Shown piece after piece: positions 10,980-25,824 of a DNA stretch of 64,000 bases (its first letter is position 1; each line of letters begins with the position of its first letter). The position numbers were made by a program, and so were the translations under genes. Location of the stretch: contig QPMI01000004.1 of the NCBI GenBank assembly GCA_004431415.1, positions 62,001 to 126,000 on the forward strand. The letters are read 5' to 3'. The notes under the pieces were generated by a model that was not told the origin of the DNA, ran no database searches, and saw only the letters and a list, made by a program, of their open reading frames with translations. Origin of the DNA: Cyanophora paradoxa CCMP329 (lineage: Eukaryota > Plantae > Glaucophyta).

Positions 10980-13476
10980 ATGCAGGGCGATGGGGAGCTC
11001 CGTAAGGAGGACGGCCAAGCTCAAACGTGCGACCGCGGACGTGGCGAGTCGGCCGTCTGCTGCTCACCCGCCTTGGACGCCCGCAGGCACCCGCTGACGT
11101 ACGGGGTGACGGGACCGATCTCTCTGGAGCCGCCCCGCGAGGAAGAGCTGCGGCTTACGGAGGAGCTGGAGAGCTTTCTGCGGGAGGCGAACCTGTACGA
11201 AGGGCCCGAGGAGGCGCAGCGCCGTGAGGCGGTCATGGGGCGTTTCAATGAGCTCGTGCGTGACTGGGCCCGTCGCATGATCGCCCGCAAGGTGCGCCGC
11301 CGCGCCGTGGGCGGCGCGGCGCTGCACACGCGGCCGGCAGGGCCTTGCCGAGCACATCGGGGACGGCGGGACGCGCATTTTCTCGTTCGGATCCTACAGA
11401 CTCGGCGTGCACGGGCCGGGGGCGGACATGGACACACTCATCGTGTGCCCCGACAGCGTGGACCGCGGCATGTTCTTCACCGACTTCTACCAGACGCTCG
11501 AGGGCCTGCCCGAGGTCTCGGACCTCTGCGTGCGGCCGCCCTCGCCCGCCGCTCAGCGCCCGTCGCCGATACGCCGCCCAGAGCGTGCCCGACGCGTACG
11601 TGCCGGTCATCAAGATGAAGTTCGACGGGTTCCACGTGCGCCCGCCGCGGCCTGGGGCGCGCCCGGGACCCGACGCTCGGCGGGGGGCGGGGGCGCCAGC
11701 TGGACTGCCTGTTCGCGAAGATGGCTACGCGAGTGATCGGCCCCGACTTCGACATCCTGGACGAGGCTTGCCTGCGGAGCCTCGACGAGAAGAGCGTCCT
11801 CTCCGTGAACGGCTGCCGCGTCACGGACCAGATCCTCCGCCTCGTCCCCTCCGTCGCCTCCTTCCGCACCACCCTCCGCGCCATCAAGCTCTGGGCCAAG
11901 CGTCCGCCCCGCCCCGCCCCGCCCCGGCTGCCCCGCCCAGCGCACGCGGACCGCGCCGCAGGGCGCGGCGTCTACTCGAACGTGCTGGGGTACCTGGGGG
12001 GCGTCTCGTGGGCCCTTACGGTGGCGCGCATCTGTCAGTTCTACCCGCGGGCGCCCCCTGCAGCGCTCCTCGCTAAGTTCTTCCTCATCTTCCGCGAGTG
12101 GAAGTGGCCCACGCCCGTCGTCCTGCGGCCCATCGTCCCCTTCGTCGCGGGGCTCGCCCCGCCCAACCCCGTGTGGGACCCCAAGGCGAACCCCCGCGAC
12201 AAGCAGGACCTCATGCCCGTCATCACCCCGGCCTTCCCCTCCATGAACTCGGCCCGCCCCCCGAGCCGCCGCCACGCGCCCGCGCAGCGCCTGACTCCGC
12301 GCCAGACGTACAACGTGTCGGCCTCGACGCTCCGCGTCCTGCAGGAGGAGTTCGAGCGCGGCGCCGCCATCGCCATGCGGGCCCGCCCCGCGCCACGCGC
12401 CAGAGGCGGCGGCGGCTGACGGCGGGGGCAGGTGCGGGGGGGCGGGGCGGCGGGGGCGGGGGCGCTGCGGGAGCTCTTCGAGCCGGCGGACTTCTTCGGG
12501 CGGCACCGCTCCTTCCTGCGGGTCGACGTCGCCGCGGGGACGGCGCCCGACTTCCGCCGCTGGGCCGGCTGGGTGGAGAGCAAGCTCCGCCTCCTCGTGC
12601 GCTTCCTCGAGCAGCAGGGCGCCCTCGAGCGCGTCCGCCCGTGGCCGGAGCCGCTCGAGGAGGCCGCCGGGCCCCACACGCACAGCGCCGCCTACTTCGT
12701 CGGTATCGAGCTCCCGCGGGGCGGGGCCGGCCGCCAGGGCCCGCCCCCCGTCGTCAACCTGGCGCCCCCCGTGGAGGCCTTCTGCGCCCTCGTCCGCGAC
12801 CGGCGCGCCCCGCCCCGCCCCGCCCCGCCCTCGCGGCCCTCACCCCGCGGCAGCTTCCCCGAGCGCGCCCCGGGCATGGAGGTCTCCGTCTCCCACATAC
12901 GCCGGTCCGCCCACGCCCGCAGCCCCGCCGACCCACGCCCCACACCGCTCCCAGGCGAGACCTGCCCCCATCTCTGCTCCCCTCAACACAAGCTCCCGAG
13001 CCAGCGGCGGCCGCGCACCGGCCGCCGGCCGCTGGCACCACGACAGTGAAGCGTGAGCCCGCGCCCGCTGGTGCGTCAGGCTTCCGCAGGCCCTGAGCTT
13101 CGTGAGCGTGAGTCCCTCCGGGCAGACGGCTCTCTGGCGGGCCCCAAGCGTGCCCGCTTCAACTCCCCCGGAGACGAGCTCCCGGGGCAGCTCTCGCAGC
13201 CGCCCGCGGCCGGCACGTCGCGTACCCCCCCCCCCCCCCCCCTTTCTCCCGCCACCCTCCCCCGCCACCCACCTGCCACCTGACACCCACCTGCCACCTT
13301 ACATCCGTCGCAGGCTGGAGCGGGCCTCAGCAGCAAGAGCCACAAACCATCCCCCTCGTCCGGGAGTCGAGTTCTCGCTGCACGCCGAGCCCGCCCCCCG
13401 TATGCAGCGCATTAACATCCGTCACTCCCGGCGACGAGCAAGGTGCTGCCTTGCGACGAGCAAGGTGCTGCCTTGA
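10980..13476 (+). CDS. PAP1: Canonical nuclear poly(A) polymerase; ends approximate
   Basis: YGVTGPIS, FSFGSYRLGVHGPGADMDTL, VPDAYVPVIKMKFDG, SVNGCRVTDQIL, RGVYSNVLGYLGGVSWA, WKWPTPV, LMPVITPAFPSMNS, WAGWVESKLR. Confidence 0.95.
13431..13474. repeat. Perfect 22-bp tandem duplication (GCGACGAGCAAGGTGCTGCCTT)x2
   Basis: Read directly from the sequence. Confidence 0.9.
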
Positions 13477-13847
13477 AGACTGATATCTGACATCCGCCGC
13501 AGGCGCTGACGCGGCAATTGATCTCGCCGCGAGAGTTGCAAGCGGGCCGATTGGGGCTGCGCCGTCGCGACCGATCAAAGTCTCTCTTAAGCGACGGCCA
13601 GAGCATTTGGCAGACTGCAACCCCATCTCTAGTGGGACATGATTGTCCTTCACGAATCAATTCCCACACAAATTCGCCCCAAACGCAAGCTACATTCACT
13701 AGCTTCCTCTGCTTGATGACATTCGTTGGGTTTGTGTATTGAGACAACGCTGGCACAGGGTTTATTGCCGCGGCAATGTTGGCGGCCAGCGACAGGAAGG
13801 GAAAGGCGGGACAAGGAGAGGAGGGATGAGAGGTTTCTACAAGAGAG

Positions 13848-14898
13848 TTAGAAGAAGGAGAAGATACCGCCGTGGCTGGCCTCCCGAGGCGCATAGCTGT
13901 AGCTGTAGCCGCCACCGCCGCCGAGCTTCTCAAGAACCTGCCGGGAGACTGTAAGTCTCCCGTAAGTGTAAACCTGGATCCGTTGTCGCACCTCGCCCGC
14001 GCGAACGACGTGCTCGTCGTACGTCTTGTCGTAGTCGTAGCTGGACGAGTCATGCACCATCTTCACGAGACCATCACGGTCGACAACGTAGGTGACCTTC
14101 TTCGGCCACCTGCAAGGAAACTCGCGACCGACACACGGAGAAAGCACGTGAATGCAACGTACCACGCGAAGGCGGGGTTAACCTTGAAGGCACGGGCAAG
14201 CTTCCACTCGGGGTCCGCGAGGACCGCGAACGGCACGCGCTGCTTCTGGGTCCACGCCTGAATGTTCTGGGGCGAGTCCAGGCAGACGCAGATGACCTGC
14301 ACAACAGAAAAAAAGCGTGAGAAGAGTTCCTCACGAGCAAACACCACAGACGGCTCACCTCGGCGCCGAGCGAGCGGAACTTCTTGTACTGCGACGCATA
14401 GAGGTTCACCAGGTGCATGCCGGCCTTGTGACGCTGGTCGTATGTGCTGATGTCAGTGACGGCGCTGTTCGAGCTGTAAAGCTTGCCGGGCTTCTCGACA
14501 TCGCTGTTGGTCATAAGGTACTTCGCGGTCGTCTTGACCTGCGATGCGGAAACGACGCAGCTCAGCACACACGCGCCAAGTGGCAGAAACAATCGAGGGG
14601 GCTCACAGCGGGGATGAAGAAGATGACCAGGTTCCGCTGGCCCTGCGATAACGGAAACCGCGGTTAGCTCGCAGCCGACACGTCCGACGTTGCCAAACGC
14701 AGCCTCTAGAGTACATCTATAGTTTTTCCACGCCGAAAGAAGCGGCCGGCAACCGCTTATTGCCGGAGTCACATCCGCGGCGCGAACTGCGACAGAGGAG
14801 CCACGCACGACGATGCTGTCAATGCTGACGGTGTTCCCGAGCTGGTCGATGGCCGTCCAGCCGGTCGGGATCTTCTCGTTGATGCGCAGCGGGCCCAT
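13848..14898 (-). CDS. Peroxiredoxin-fold (BCP/PrxQ, AhpC/TSA-like) protein lacking the peroxidatic Cys motif
   Basis: LRINEKIP..AIDQLGNTVSI..GQRNLVIFFIP, YKKFRSLGAEVICVCLDSPQNIQAW..VPFAVLADPEWKLARAFKV..KKVTYVVDRDGLVK. Confidence 0.8.
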
Positions 14899-15281
14899 TT
14901 TGCCTGTTGGTGCTTTTATTGACGAATCCGGCCGCTAACTATTTTGCGTACCCGGGACCAGCCGACTCGGCGACTCCAGACTTCGGTTGCCAGGCTGTGC
15001 CGCCGGCCCGCATATCTCGGCTATAGGCTAGCCGCTGATCATGAGCGCTCTTGATCGATATCGATGCGATATCGATGCTTGCTCGACTCCTGCCAGGCTG
15101 CATATGCGCATGCATATGCACATATATACTAGTACTAGCTATAGCTCTCGATCAGGGGCCGGCGCAGACTATCGGGTGCAGGCCTAGGTGCAGACAACAG
15201 TAGTGCGTGCGTATACAACGTATACTGTCGGGTGCAACCACAGGTGCTTTGCCAGTTGCATTGCAGACTCTGAGACTCTCA

Positions 15282-17568
<2,287 letters not shown>

Positions 17569-17894
17569 CTCCGCGCCAGAGGAACGCTGGCGTGCCGAGC
17601 TCAGGAGCTTGCTCGGACTCCCCTCTGCCCCCCCCCCCATCCTTCCCCCCCCCCCCCCCGGCCCCCGGCCCCTCCCCTTCCTCCCTCCCCCTCTCGTCAA
17701 TCCTTCGACCCCCTCCCGCTCCGAAAAAACCTCCCGCCCCCTCCCCAAGCAAGGTGTCCGCGTCAAACCAGCGCCAGTCCGCAGCCTCTCATCAGCGCAG
17801 CAACTCCAGCCGCACGGCAAGAGCGCCTGCAACGTGACGAGCTGGCATTCACAGTGCTCCTTGCGCTTAGCTCCCTGAAACCAGCTCAAGCGGA

Positions 17895-18481
17895 ATGGAG
17901 GCGAAGCGGAAAGAGGCTGCCTATCAGGTGGCACCGTCGTACCAGAACAAGTTCGTGTCTGCCCGATGCACTGAGTGAGAGCGCGGTGGCTGAGCGCGCC
18001 GCGCAGGCTCAAGCCTGCCGTAGTCAAAAGCCACATACACGAAGTGCTCGTCAGAAAGCTGCATGGCCAGTTTTACAACGCGGAAAACATGTCTCAGTGG
18101 ACTCGAGAGATTTCGGACGAGATCAAGAACAAGCTTAAAGGTCGGACGAGTGAACCGTTCATGGATTCGCGTCTACACGCGCTCTTGACGCGCCATCAGA
18201 GTTCGAATTGGGCCGGTACAAGTATGTCGTCCAGGTTGTCATCGGGGAGCAGCGAGGCGAGGGCGTCCGGTATGGTCAATGCCACTTCCCTTGCTCGCCC
18301 CCTGCTTGACAAGCAACGACAGCATGGCATGTAGATGCTTCTGGGATTCGAACACTGACAACTATGCTCAGGATGTCTTCATGAATGCAAGTCTCCGGCC
18401 TTGCTTACAGTTTGCACCTGACGTCTCTTGCAGGAAAGCCTCTTCTGTGTTGCTGCTGCTTTCGGAGTTTACTTGTATTAG
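17895..18481 (+). CDS. Tctex-1 family dynein light chain (TCTEX1D2/DYNLT2B-like)
   Basis: [71 protein letters not shown]|[15 protein letters not shown]. Confidence 0.92.
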
Positions 18482-18571
18482 TTCGTAGTCAATTGCTGTC
18501 GTGTTATCTCTGTTTTTCAATCTATCGTGTTAATGACAGTTGGCTTTTACATGTGCTTCTCTATGGACCAA

Positions 18572-18651
18572 ACAGAATGAAGCAGCATGCGGCCCAAGAA
18601 GCAGAATGAAGCAGCATGGCATGGCAGAATGAAGCAGCATGGCAGAATGAA
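18572..18651. repeat. Imperfect tandem repeat of CAGAATGAAGCAGCATG (3 copies plus a partial)
   Basis: Read directly from the sequence. Confidence 0.85.
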
Positions 18652-19062
18652 TGACCTGATTTAGTCAGAAATTTTTTGCATCACGTAATTCAATTACACA
18701 TGCCGGCCTCTGATTGATGTTGCACAGCTTCAGATCTGGATCTAGATATGCTCGACTAGATGAGCGCATTGTGCACGTGTGATCATCATGAATCTAAACA
18801 AAAATTAAAGGGAGCTGGGTCTCAGAGTCTAGTACGTGACGGGGGCCTGGGACCCCAGTCCCGAGCCGCGGCCGGCGCCGTCGGAGGGGAGGCCCTGAGG
18901 CCTAGGCCGATCGCGAGGTCATCCGGGCCGCCGGGCAGCCGCCGCGCTCCCGCGGAGCGCCGCAAGGGTGGCAGGGCTCCGCAAGAGGGCCGGGCCAGGT
19001 GGACGGCATGGAGCCTCGGAGCCGGAGCCAAATTCGAAGGCCTTATATTTAATTATAATTAA

Positions 19063-21790
19063 GGGAGGGGGGCGGAGATGCTGCCGAGCCGGGCCTGGCC
19101 CAGCGCTGAGCCTGGCAGTGGATTCGGCCTCGGGCCTGGCGGAGAGAGAGCCGACCCGAACGCTGAGGGCGCAGGCCTGTACTGCCGCTGCGACGGGCAC
19201 TGTCAGAACACGGAACCCAAGAAACGCAAACGAACGTACACGGCGATCCAGGGAACCGGAAAGAACTACTGGCACCGCGACGCGCGATGCGAACATGCCG
19301 ATCCGAGCCAGTGTCCCGAGATGAGCCAATGCGACGGACCCTGGGCAGAGGGTCAGGGCTGGTGGGAAGACGAGGATGCCCTCTTCGGACTGACCGGCGA
19401 GGTCCTCGAGGAACCTATCCACATCACCAGGCCGGACACGGCTGGCGGCGGACAGACGACGGCGTCAACAAGAGGGCGCAAGCAGACCCACACGGGCCCG
19501 ACCCTGGCGTACTTTGACCCCGGCCTGCTGGACGAGCGGAAGCGCCAGCAGCTGCTCCTCCTCGCCCGAGTGAAAGCAGTCCAAGACGGAGATGAGCGGT
19601 TCCTCCGCCGCGCCCTACTCCCGGAGGCGGAGGCGGCGCTGCAAACAGCGCTCGAGATGGCGTTGGCGGCGGAGCCGAGGGCCGAACCGCTGGATGAAGC
19701 ACCGCCCGTCTCAAACCCCCGCGAACTGAGAGATCTGTATCAGGCGAGCTTCGGGCCTGAGACGTGGAGCGAGCAAGACGGCCAGTACTGGCAGCACGCA
19801 CTCGCGCTCTGGGAGACGATCGAGAAGTACGAGCTCGAGAAGCACGGCAACGCGCATCCGAGGTTACTGAACATATGGACGGATGGGAGCCTATTCAAGG
19901 GTCAGACGGAAGGCGCGCACGCGGGCTACGGGGTGGTGGTACCTGCGACCGCTGCGGACGGCGAGCGGCTGAACCCGGACGAGGCTGCGACCGAATGCCT
20001 CGGCCGGCTTCGAGGGCTCCAGGAGATCAATAAAGCTGAACTCCAAGCGGCGATCGTGGCAGACGTACTGGCGCCGAACGGGATGCGCCTGCACACGGAC
20101 AGTCAGAACGTCTGCACGTGGTACCAGAAGTTCGTGCGGAACGCACACCAGCAGCACGCGCGCGACTACGTCAGACACCCCTGCAACGCAGAGCTGTATG
20201 CGTGGTCGCGCTTCCGAGCCCTGATGCAGCAACGAGAACACCGAAGAGCGGTGGCGCTCGTCAAGGTCAAGGCCCATAGCAAGAGGGAACCCCTCCACGA
20301 ACTAAACGATGCGGCTGACAAGGCGGCCAAACGGGCGGCCAAGCTCGAGCCGCAGCCGCCAAACACGCTGACAGAGGACATCTTCCTCCCGCCCGCGTTC
20401 AGCATGCCGGCGGTGCTGACGATCCAAGGGCCAGACAGGATAGTGCGGCGGGTCGAAGGAGATCCCCGGCGGCATGCTGCTGTGCTGCACGCGCACCACA
20501 CGCACTTTGCCTGGGAGAACCAGCTGAACGCGGGGGAATGGCTGCGAGCGCCGGTGGACCACGGCGCAGTGTACGATCAGATGGCAATGGGACCCCGCCG
20601 CGTCGGTGTGAGCCAAGAAAGCAACTGCTTCAGGGGTACCCACGTGAAGCTCGTGCTGGGTACGGTGGCTACAGCGACGGTCCGCAAACGCGACGCGCCG
20701 GAGCTCTACAGTGAGATAAACCCCGGCGGGTTCTGCGCCCTCTGCAGCGTACGCCAGACCGATAACGAGGGCCGGCCCCGGCTCGTTGCTGGCCCCGTGG
20801 AGACGCTCGAACACGTCCTCTCCTGCCCCAGCGCGCCAGCGGTAACGGCACGCGTGGAAGCAGAAGCCAAAATAGCAGAGGTAGTCGCCAGCGAGCTACC
20901 GGAGGCACTCAAGCGGTCGGTACCGCAGGCGCTTGCTACGTCTCTGAAGGTCACGCGCGTGGCTGACCTGACGCTCACACAGACAGAGCGACAAACTCAG
21001 CTTTGGGTGCTGCGCGGGCTGCCACCAGCCGGCCTCACTGATCTGATCCGCGAGACCGTGGAGGACGAGGTCCAGGCGGGCAAGATCGCCCGCAAGCTAA
21101 CGAAAGCGATCGGTGAACAGGCGCACAAAACCTGGGCTGCACGATGCAAAGCGTACGCAGACTGGGAGAAGGCGTGCGGGATCACGAAGGTGATGAAAGA
21201 GCGACGCGCGAAGCCCCCACGCGCCGAGCCGCGCCCCCGAGAGACGGCCGCGAAACCTGGCGGGCACCGACGCAAGCGCAGGAAACTCGCAATCGACGAA
21301 CCGGCACAGCCGCGCGAGCGCTGCGCGGAGTGCCAAGCGCTTATGTCCAGGCACCGGGGTGGGGACGCCCTGGCCCTATCCTCACTGAGCTGCCCCCCAG
21401 ACGATCACGGCTGGGTCCGGGCGGCGGAGGCAATGCAGGTGTACGACCACACCAACAGGTATGCATGGGGCGTGGGGACAGCAAGGACCAGACCACGCTA
21501 AACGTTGAGAGGGGGTGCTTTCTGGGGGGGGGGCTTGGGGGGCACGGCGGGGTCAACAACACGAGGAGGACACAAACAGTGGAGCGGGAGCCGGTAGCCC
21601 ACTAAACAGGGGCTGGCCAGCAACTTTTCTATTTCACACCTTGTCTTTCTCTAACTGCTGCATGCTACGAGGATGGAGTAGGGCATTGCCAGCAGAGATT
21701 AGGACCTTTCTAACTAGACTTTCGTAGGACTTAGAAATGCAGCAACGTAGACGTCACAGGAAAAGTAGAAATGCAGTTGTAATTAGAATA
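19063..21790 (+). mobile_element. 5'-truncated non-LTR retrotransposon (RTEX-like); intronless ORF 19078-21501 with RNase H and Cys/His motif, G-rich 3' UTR
   Basis: RNase H motifs IWTDGS..AGYGVV, INKAELQA, LHTDSQ, KVKAHS..LNDAADKAAK; then FCALC..ETLEHVLSCP. No introns, unlike host genes; G-runs follow the stop codon. Confidence 0.88.
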
Positions 21791-22555
21791 ACTAGATGTA
21801 TAGGCACAGCACGCAAGAGTCCTCATATTCTCTTCCTGGATACAGTTTTCAGTGAGGGTATGGTCGACGTTACGACTTCATTGTTGTATGGATGTGCTAA
21901 TGCAAATCAAATCCTGGCGGAGAGAGATGCCATGATGCTGCCGCGCCGAGGCTCAGCCGCTGAGCGGCTCGATGATCATGAGGGGCTCATGCATGATTTC
22001 ATTTCAAAGTGCCCGCGGCCGCGGCTGTCACAGTGTACATGTGTGACTCAGTGCGTCACGGCGTGAACTCACTGAATCAGCTTAATGTGATTTATTGCCT
22101 CAGGGCCTGCCAGGCCGCTGTGGCTAGCCTAAGTAGTGCTGCATTAATTAGTGGGTCATGACCGTCGGACATCATGGCATAAGACTGTGCAGGCTATAGC
22201 TAGGGACCTCAGGGCCTGTTCACGGGTGTCACTGATATATCGATGTCAATTCCAACCTGGCCCAGTGGCGGCACTCAATGACGTGAGTGACAGTGACTAC
22301 AGGTCCCGCGGGCCCGGATTCAAAATAAAATGATTCACACATTCGGTACACGTAGGCCATGGTGTACATGTGTGGCCCGGCGGCCGTTCCACTCTGTGTC
22401 AATTGCACTCAGTGACTGCGGCAACCTGGCACTGAGTGACTACAGGTTCACAGGTTCACAAGTTCGCCGAGTCGGTAGGCTACAGGTGGGCTCTGATCAT
22501 GAGGCTCACGTGCACGAGAGCCTAGCTCTTGTCAGTTGTCAACTGAAAGCTGGCA

Positions 22556-25500
22556 CTAAGAGCAGGCTTGGGAAGCGGGGCTGGGAGGCTCGGTGCTTGG
22601 GGGCAGTGCTTCGGGTGCCGGCTGCTCGCCGGCAGGCGACGCCGGCGGTAGCTCGCTCGAGATCAGACCCGGGGCCCGCGCAGGCGAGATGAAATCCCGA
22701 AACTGCGGAGCACGGCGGTGAGCCCGAGAGTGCCGAGCGGTTAGCCCGAAGACCCGCGGCACCTGCGAGGCGAGGCGCCCAAACAGCCCGGGGGGGCCCG
22801 GCGGCGAGGCACCCCGCCCACCCGCGGCGTCGCCTGCTGCCTCTGCCCCGTACGCAGCGGCCTGGTACCCCGGCGGATCGGCGTCCCGGGTGGCGCGGGG
22901 CCGCGGAGCTCCGCCGCCGCCCCGGAGGGGCCGCACAACCCGCCCCCCACCGCCGCCGCCGCCCATCCCCTGCTTCAGGACGCTCACCTCCCGCTGCAAC
23001 CTGCGGGCCGGTCGGTTGCGGCGGGGGATGGGCGGGGCGGGGCGGGGCGCGCCGCTCGGAGCGCTCGCGGTAGACGGCGACTTGCGCGCGGGCGTCGCCG
23101 AGGAGCGCCTCGAGGGCCGCGGCGCGCTCGGCGGCGGCGGCGGCCTCGGCGCGCTGCCGCTCGCAGAAGGCGCGCAGCTGCTCGAAGGCGGCGGCGGCGT
23201 GGGCGGCCTCCTCGCGGCGGCGCTCGGCGCGGTGCTCCGCCTCGCGGGCGCGCGCCTCCAGCGCCGCCTCGCGGTCGCGGCCCTCGTCGACGGCGATCTC
23301 GAGCTCGAGGGCCCGCTCCGAGCGCTCCCGCATCTCCGCCAGCACCCGCGCCCGCAGCTCCCCCGCCGCCCCCTCCGCCCGCGCCAGCTGCTCCCGCACC
23401 GCCCGCAGCTCCCCCTCCACCCGCTCCAGCTCGCCGTGCCGCCCCGCCCCCGCCTCCAGCTGTTCCACGTACCCCCGCACCGCCTCCTGCCGGCCCCTCA
23501 GCGCGGCGGGGGCGGGCGCGGCGCGGACGGCGGGCCGGACCGGGGCGGAGGCGAGGGCGGCGGCGAGGTCGGGGGGCGGGGCGTGTGCCCCCGGGGCCGG
23601 AGCTCGAGCTCGAGGGCGGCGACGGCGGCGCCCCCGCCGGCGACGGCCCCTCGAGGGCCTCCACGGCGCGCCGCAGCTCGGGCCCCGCCAGCGCCAGCGG
23701 CTCCCCCGCGAGGCGCCGGTACCGCTCGAGGCGCGCCGACTGCGCCCGCAGCTCCTCCCGCAGGCCCTCCGCCTCCGCCCGCGCCGCCTCGGCCTCCTCC
23801 CGCTCCTGTCCCCCGGCCCCGTCGCCCTGCCGCCGCCTCCCCCGGGCGGAAGGGACGCACGCGGGCGGGGCGGAGAGGGCGGCGTCGAGGGCAGCACGGA
23901 GGGCGGCGGCGTCGGCCTCGCGCCGCTGCGCCTCGTCCGCCTGCGGGGGCGCGTCGGGCGCGGCGCGGCGGGCCGTTGCGCCGCCCGGGCGCACGAGGTC
24001 GGCGATCTGCTCGAGGAGCGAGTCGTTGACGTCGCGCGCCTCCTGCAGCCGCGCCTCCCGCTCCCGCAGCGCCCCTCCAGCTCCCCCGCACGCCCTGCCG
24101 CCCGTCACCCGCCCCGCCCCGCCCCGCCCCGCCCGGCGCCCCGCGCACCCTCGAGCTCCGCGACGGCGGCGGCGGGGGGCCGGGGCGGCGGAGGCGCCGG
24201 GGCCCTCGAGGGCGGCGAGGCGGGCGCGGCAGCGGGCGAGCTCGGCGTCGGCGGCGGCGAGGGCGCGCTGCAGGTCGGCGGCGCTCCGCTCGCGGTTGAC
24301 GGTGGCCCGGTTGGTGATGCACTTGGCGCGGGCCCCGAAGCGGAGCGTGGAGAGGGTCTCCGCCTCGTTGAAGGCGGCGGGGGAGGCGCAGCAGACGAGC
24401 GCCGTCCGCGAGTTGCCCCCGAGCGCCTCCTGCAGCACCCGCGTCAGCTTCGAGTCCCGGTACGGCACGTGCCCGCCCTGCGCAGCGCCCGTCAGGCGAC
24501 GCGCTTGTCGCGGCTGGCGCGGGGCGGCGGACGCGGCCGTCGGTGAGGGCGTTGATGACGTTGCCGAGGGCGGAGAGCGAGCGGTTGATGTTCTTCGCCT
24601 CCTCCAGGGCCTGGCCCTCGGCCCCCGTCTTGCCTACCTTCTCGGAGCCGGCGAGGTCGACCAGGTGCAGCTTCCCGCTGCGCGTCCCCGCCTCGCTGCG
24701 CTGCACGATGCTCACCACGAGTACCGCGTGCGACCGCGAGCTCTCCGCGTTCATCCCTGCCCGCCGTCGGCCGCGCCGCGCGGCGGGCGGGGGGCGCGGC
24801 GCACGGGTGGCGGCGACGGCGCGGTTGGCGGCCCCCTCGCGCATCAGGTCGAGCACCTCCGCCTCGGAGGAGACGTAGATCTCGGTCGCCCCCTCGACCC
24901 AGACGCCCCGCCCGCGCTCCTCCCGCACCGCCAGGCCCTCCCGCCCCGCTGCCGCTCGCCGTCGGTCCCAGCGCGCCCGGGGCCGGGGCCGGTCCGGAGC
25001 CGCGCACGGTCGAAGAGGTCGCGGATGCGCTCGAGGTAGATCTCGAAGTAGGAGACCTTGACGAGGAACTCGGTGCCGGCGTCCGCGCGCTGCACCCCCT
25101 CGAAGACGCCCTCCACCATCCGCGGGATGACCCCCCGCAGCTCGCTGTCCTCAATCGAGGGGCCCTGCATCGTGTGCGTCTTCCCGCTCGACGTCTGCCC
25201 GTAGGCGAAGACCGTCCCGTTGTAGCCCTGCAGCACGTCCTCCACGATCGGCCGCGCTGCGTACTCGTACACCTCCTCCTGCGTGCACGACTCTCCGAAC
25301 ACCCGGTCGAACGTGAACGTGTGCTTCTCGTTGGTCGTCCCCTGCGCGACGTCGGCGGGGCGCCGCTCGCCAGACTGATGCAGCGAACGCGCCTGGAACC
25401 GTACGGACTGCCCGTCGGAGCCCAGCTCGATGCACGCTGCGCCGCCTTTGGCGAGCTCCGACGCATTCTGCGGCCTGTACCGCGCGCGTGAGAGCGCGCG

Positions 25501-25623
25501 GGCGAGAAGCGCTGCGGCGGACCTGAATCGTGCGAGCACGCATATATTGTTCGCGTCGCGCTTCTCCTTAGCGCCGCCATTCGCAGGGGCGCTTCGCGCT
25601 TCGTTGGGCCGCTGCGGTCGCAT
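22556..25623 (-). CDS. KHC: Kinesin-1 heavy chain; 3' end approximate
   Basis: [84 protein letters not shown]; coiled coil; tail [10 protein letters not shown] resembles the IAK motif. Confidence 0.93.
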
Positions 25624-25824
25624 CGCGGGCCCAGGGGACCACCTGATGATGCTGAGGTGCGCTTCTCGCAGCCAAACTTAGCAAACTCAGCGGCCTGGCT
25701 GCGGCGGCAATGCGAGCAGTTCACTGGGTACAGCTCACTCGTTCGTTCCAGCGTGCGTCAACCGTTCAGCCTAGGTCCTCGCTTGATGCCTAACGCGTTC
25801 GCCAGTTTATTCTCAAGAAGGCCG

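Noticed and set aside
14400-14620. Selenocysteine at the peroxiredoxin active site
   Set aside because: There is no in-frame TGA in the spliced frame; the nearby TGA is part of the GTGAGC donor.
18572-18651. CRISPR-like repeat arrays (here and at 56060-56132)
   Set aside because: Eukaryotic context, no regular unique spacers and no cas genes.
19040-21800. Target-site duplication for the truncated LINE
   Set aside because: Only a short AT-rich similarity (TAATTA) is present at both ends, which is not enough to call.
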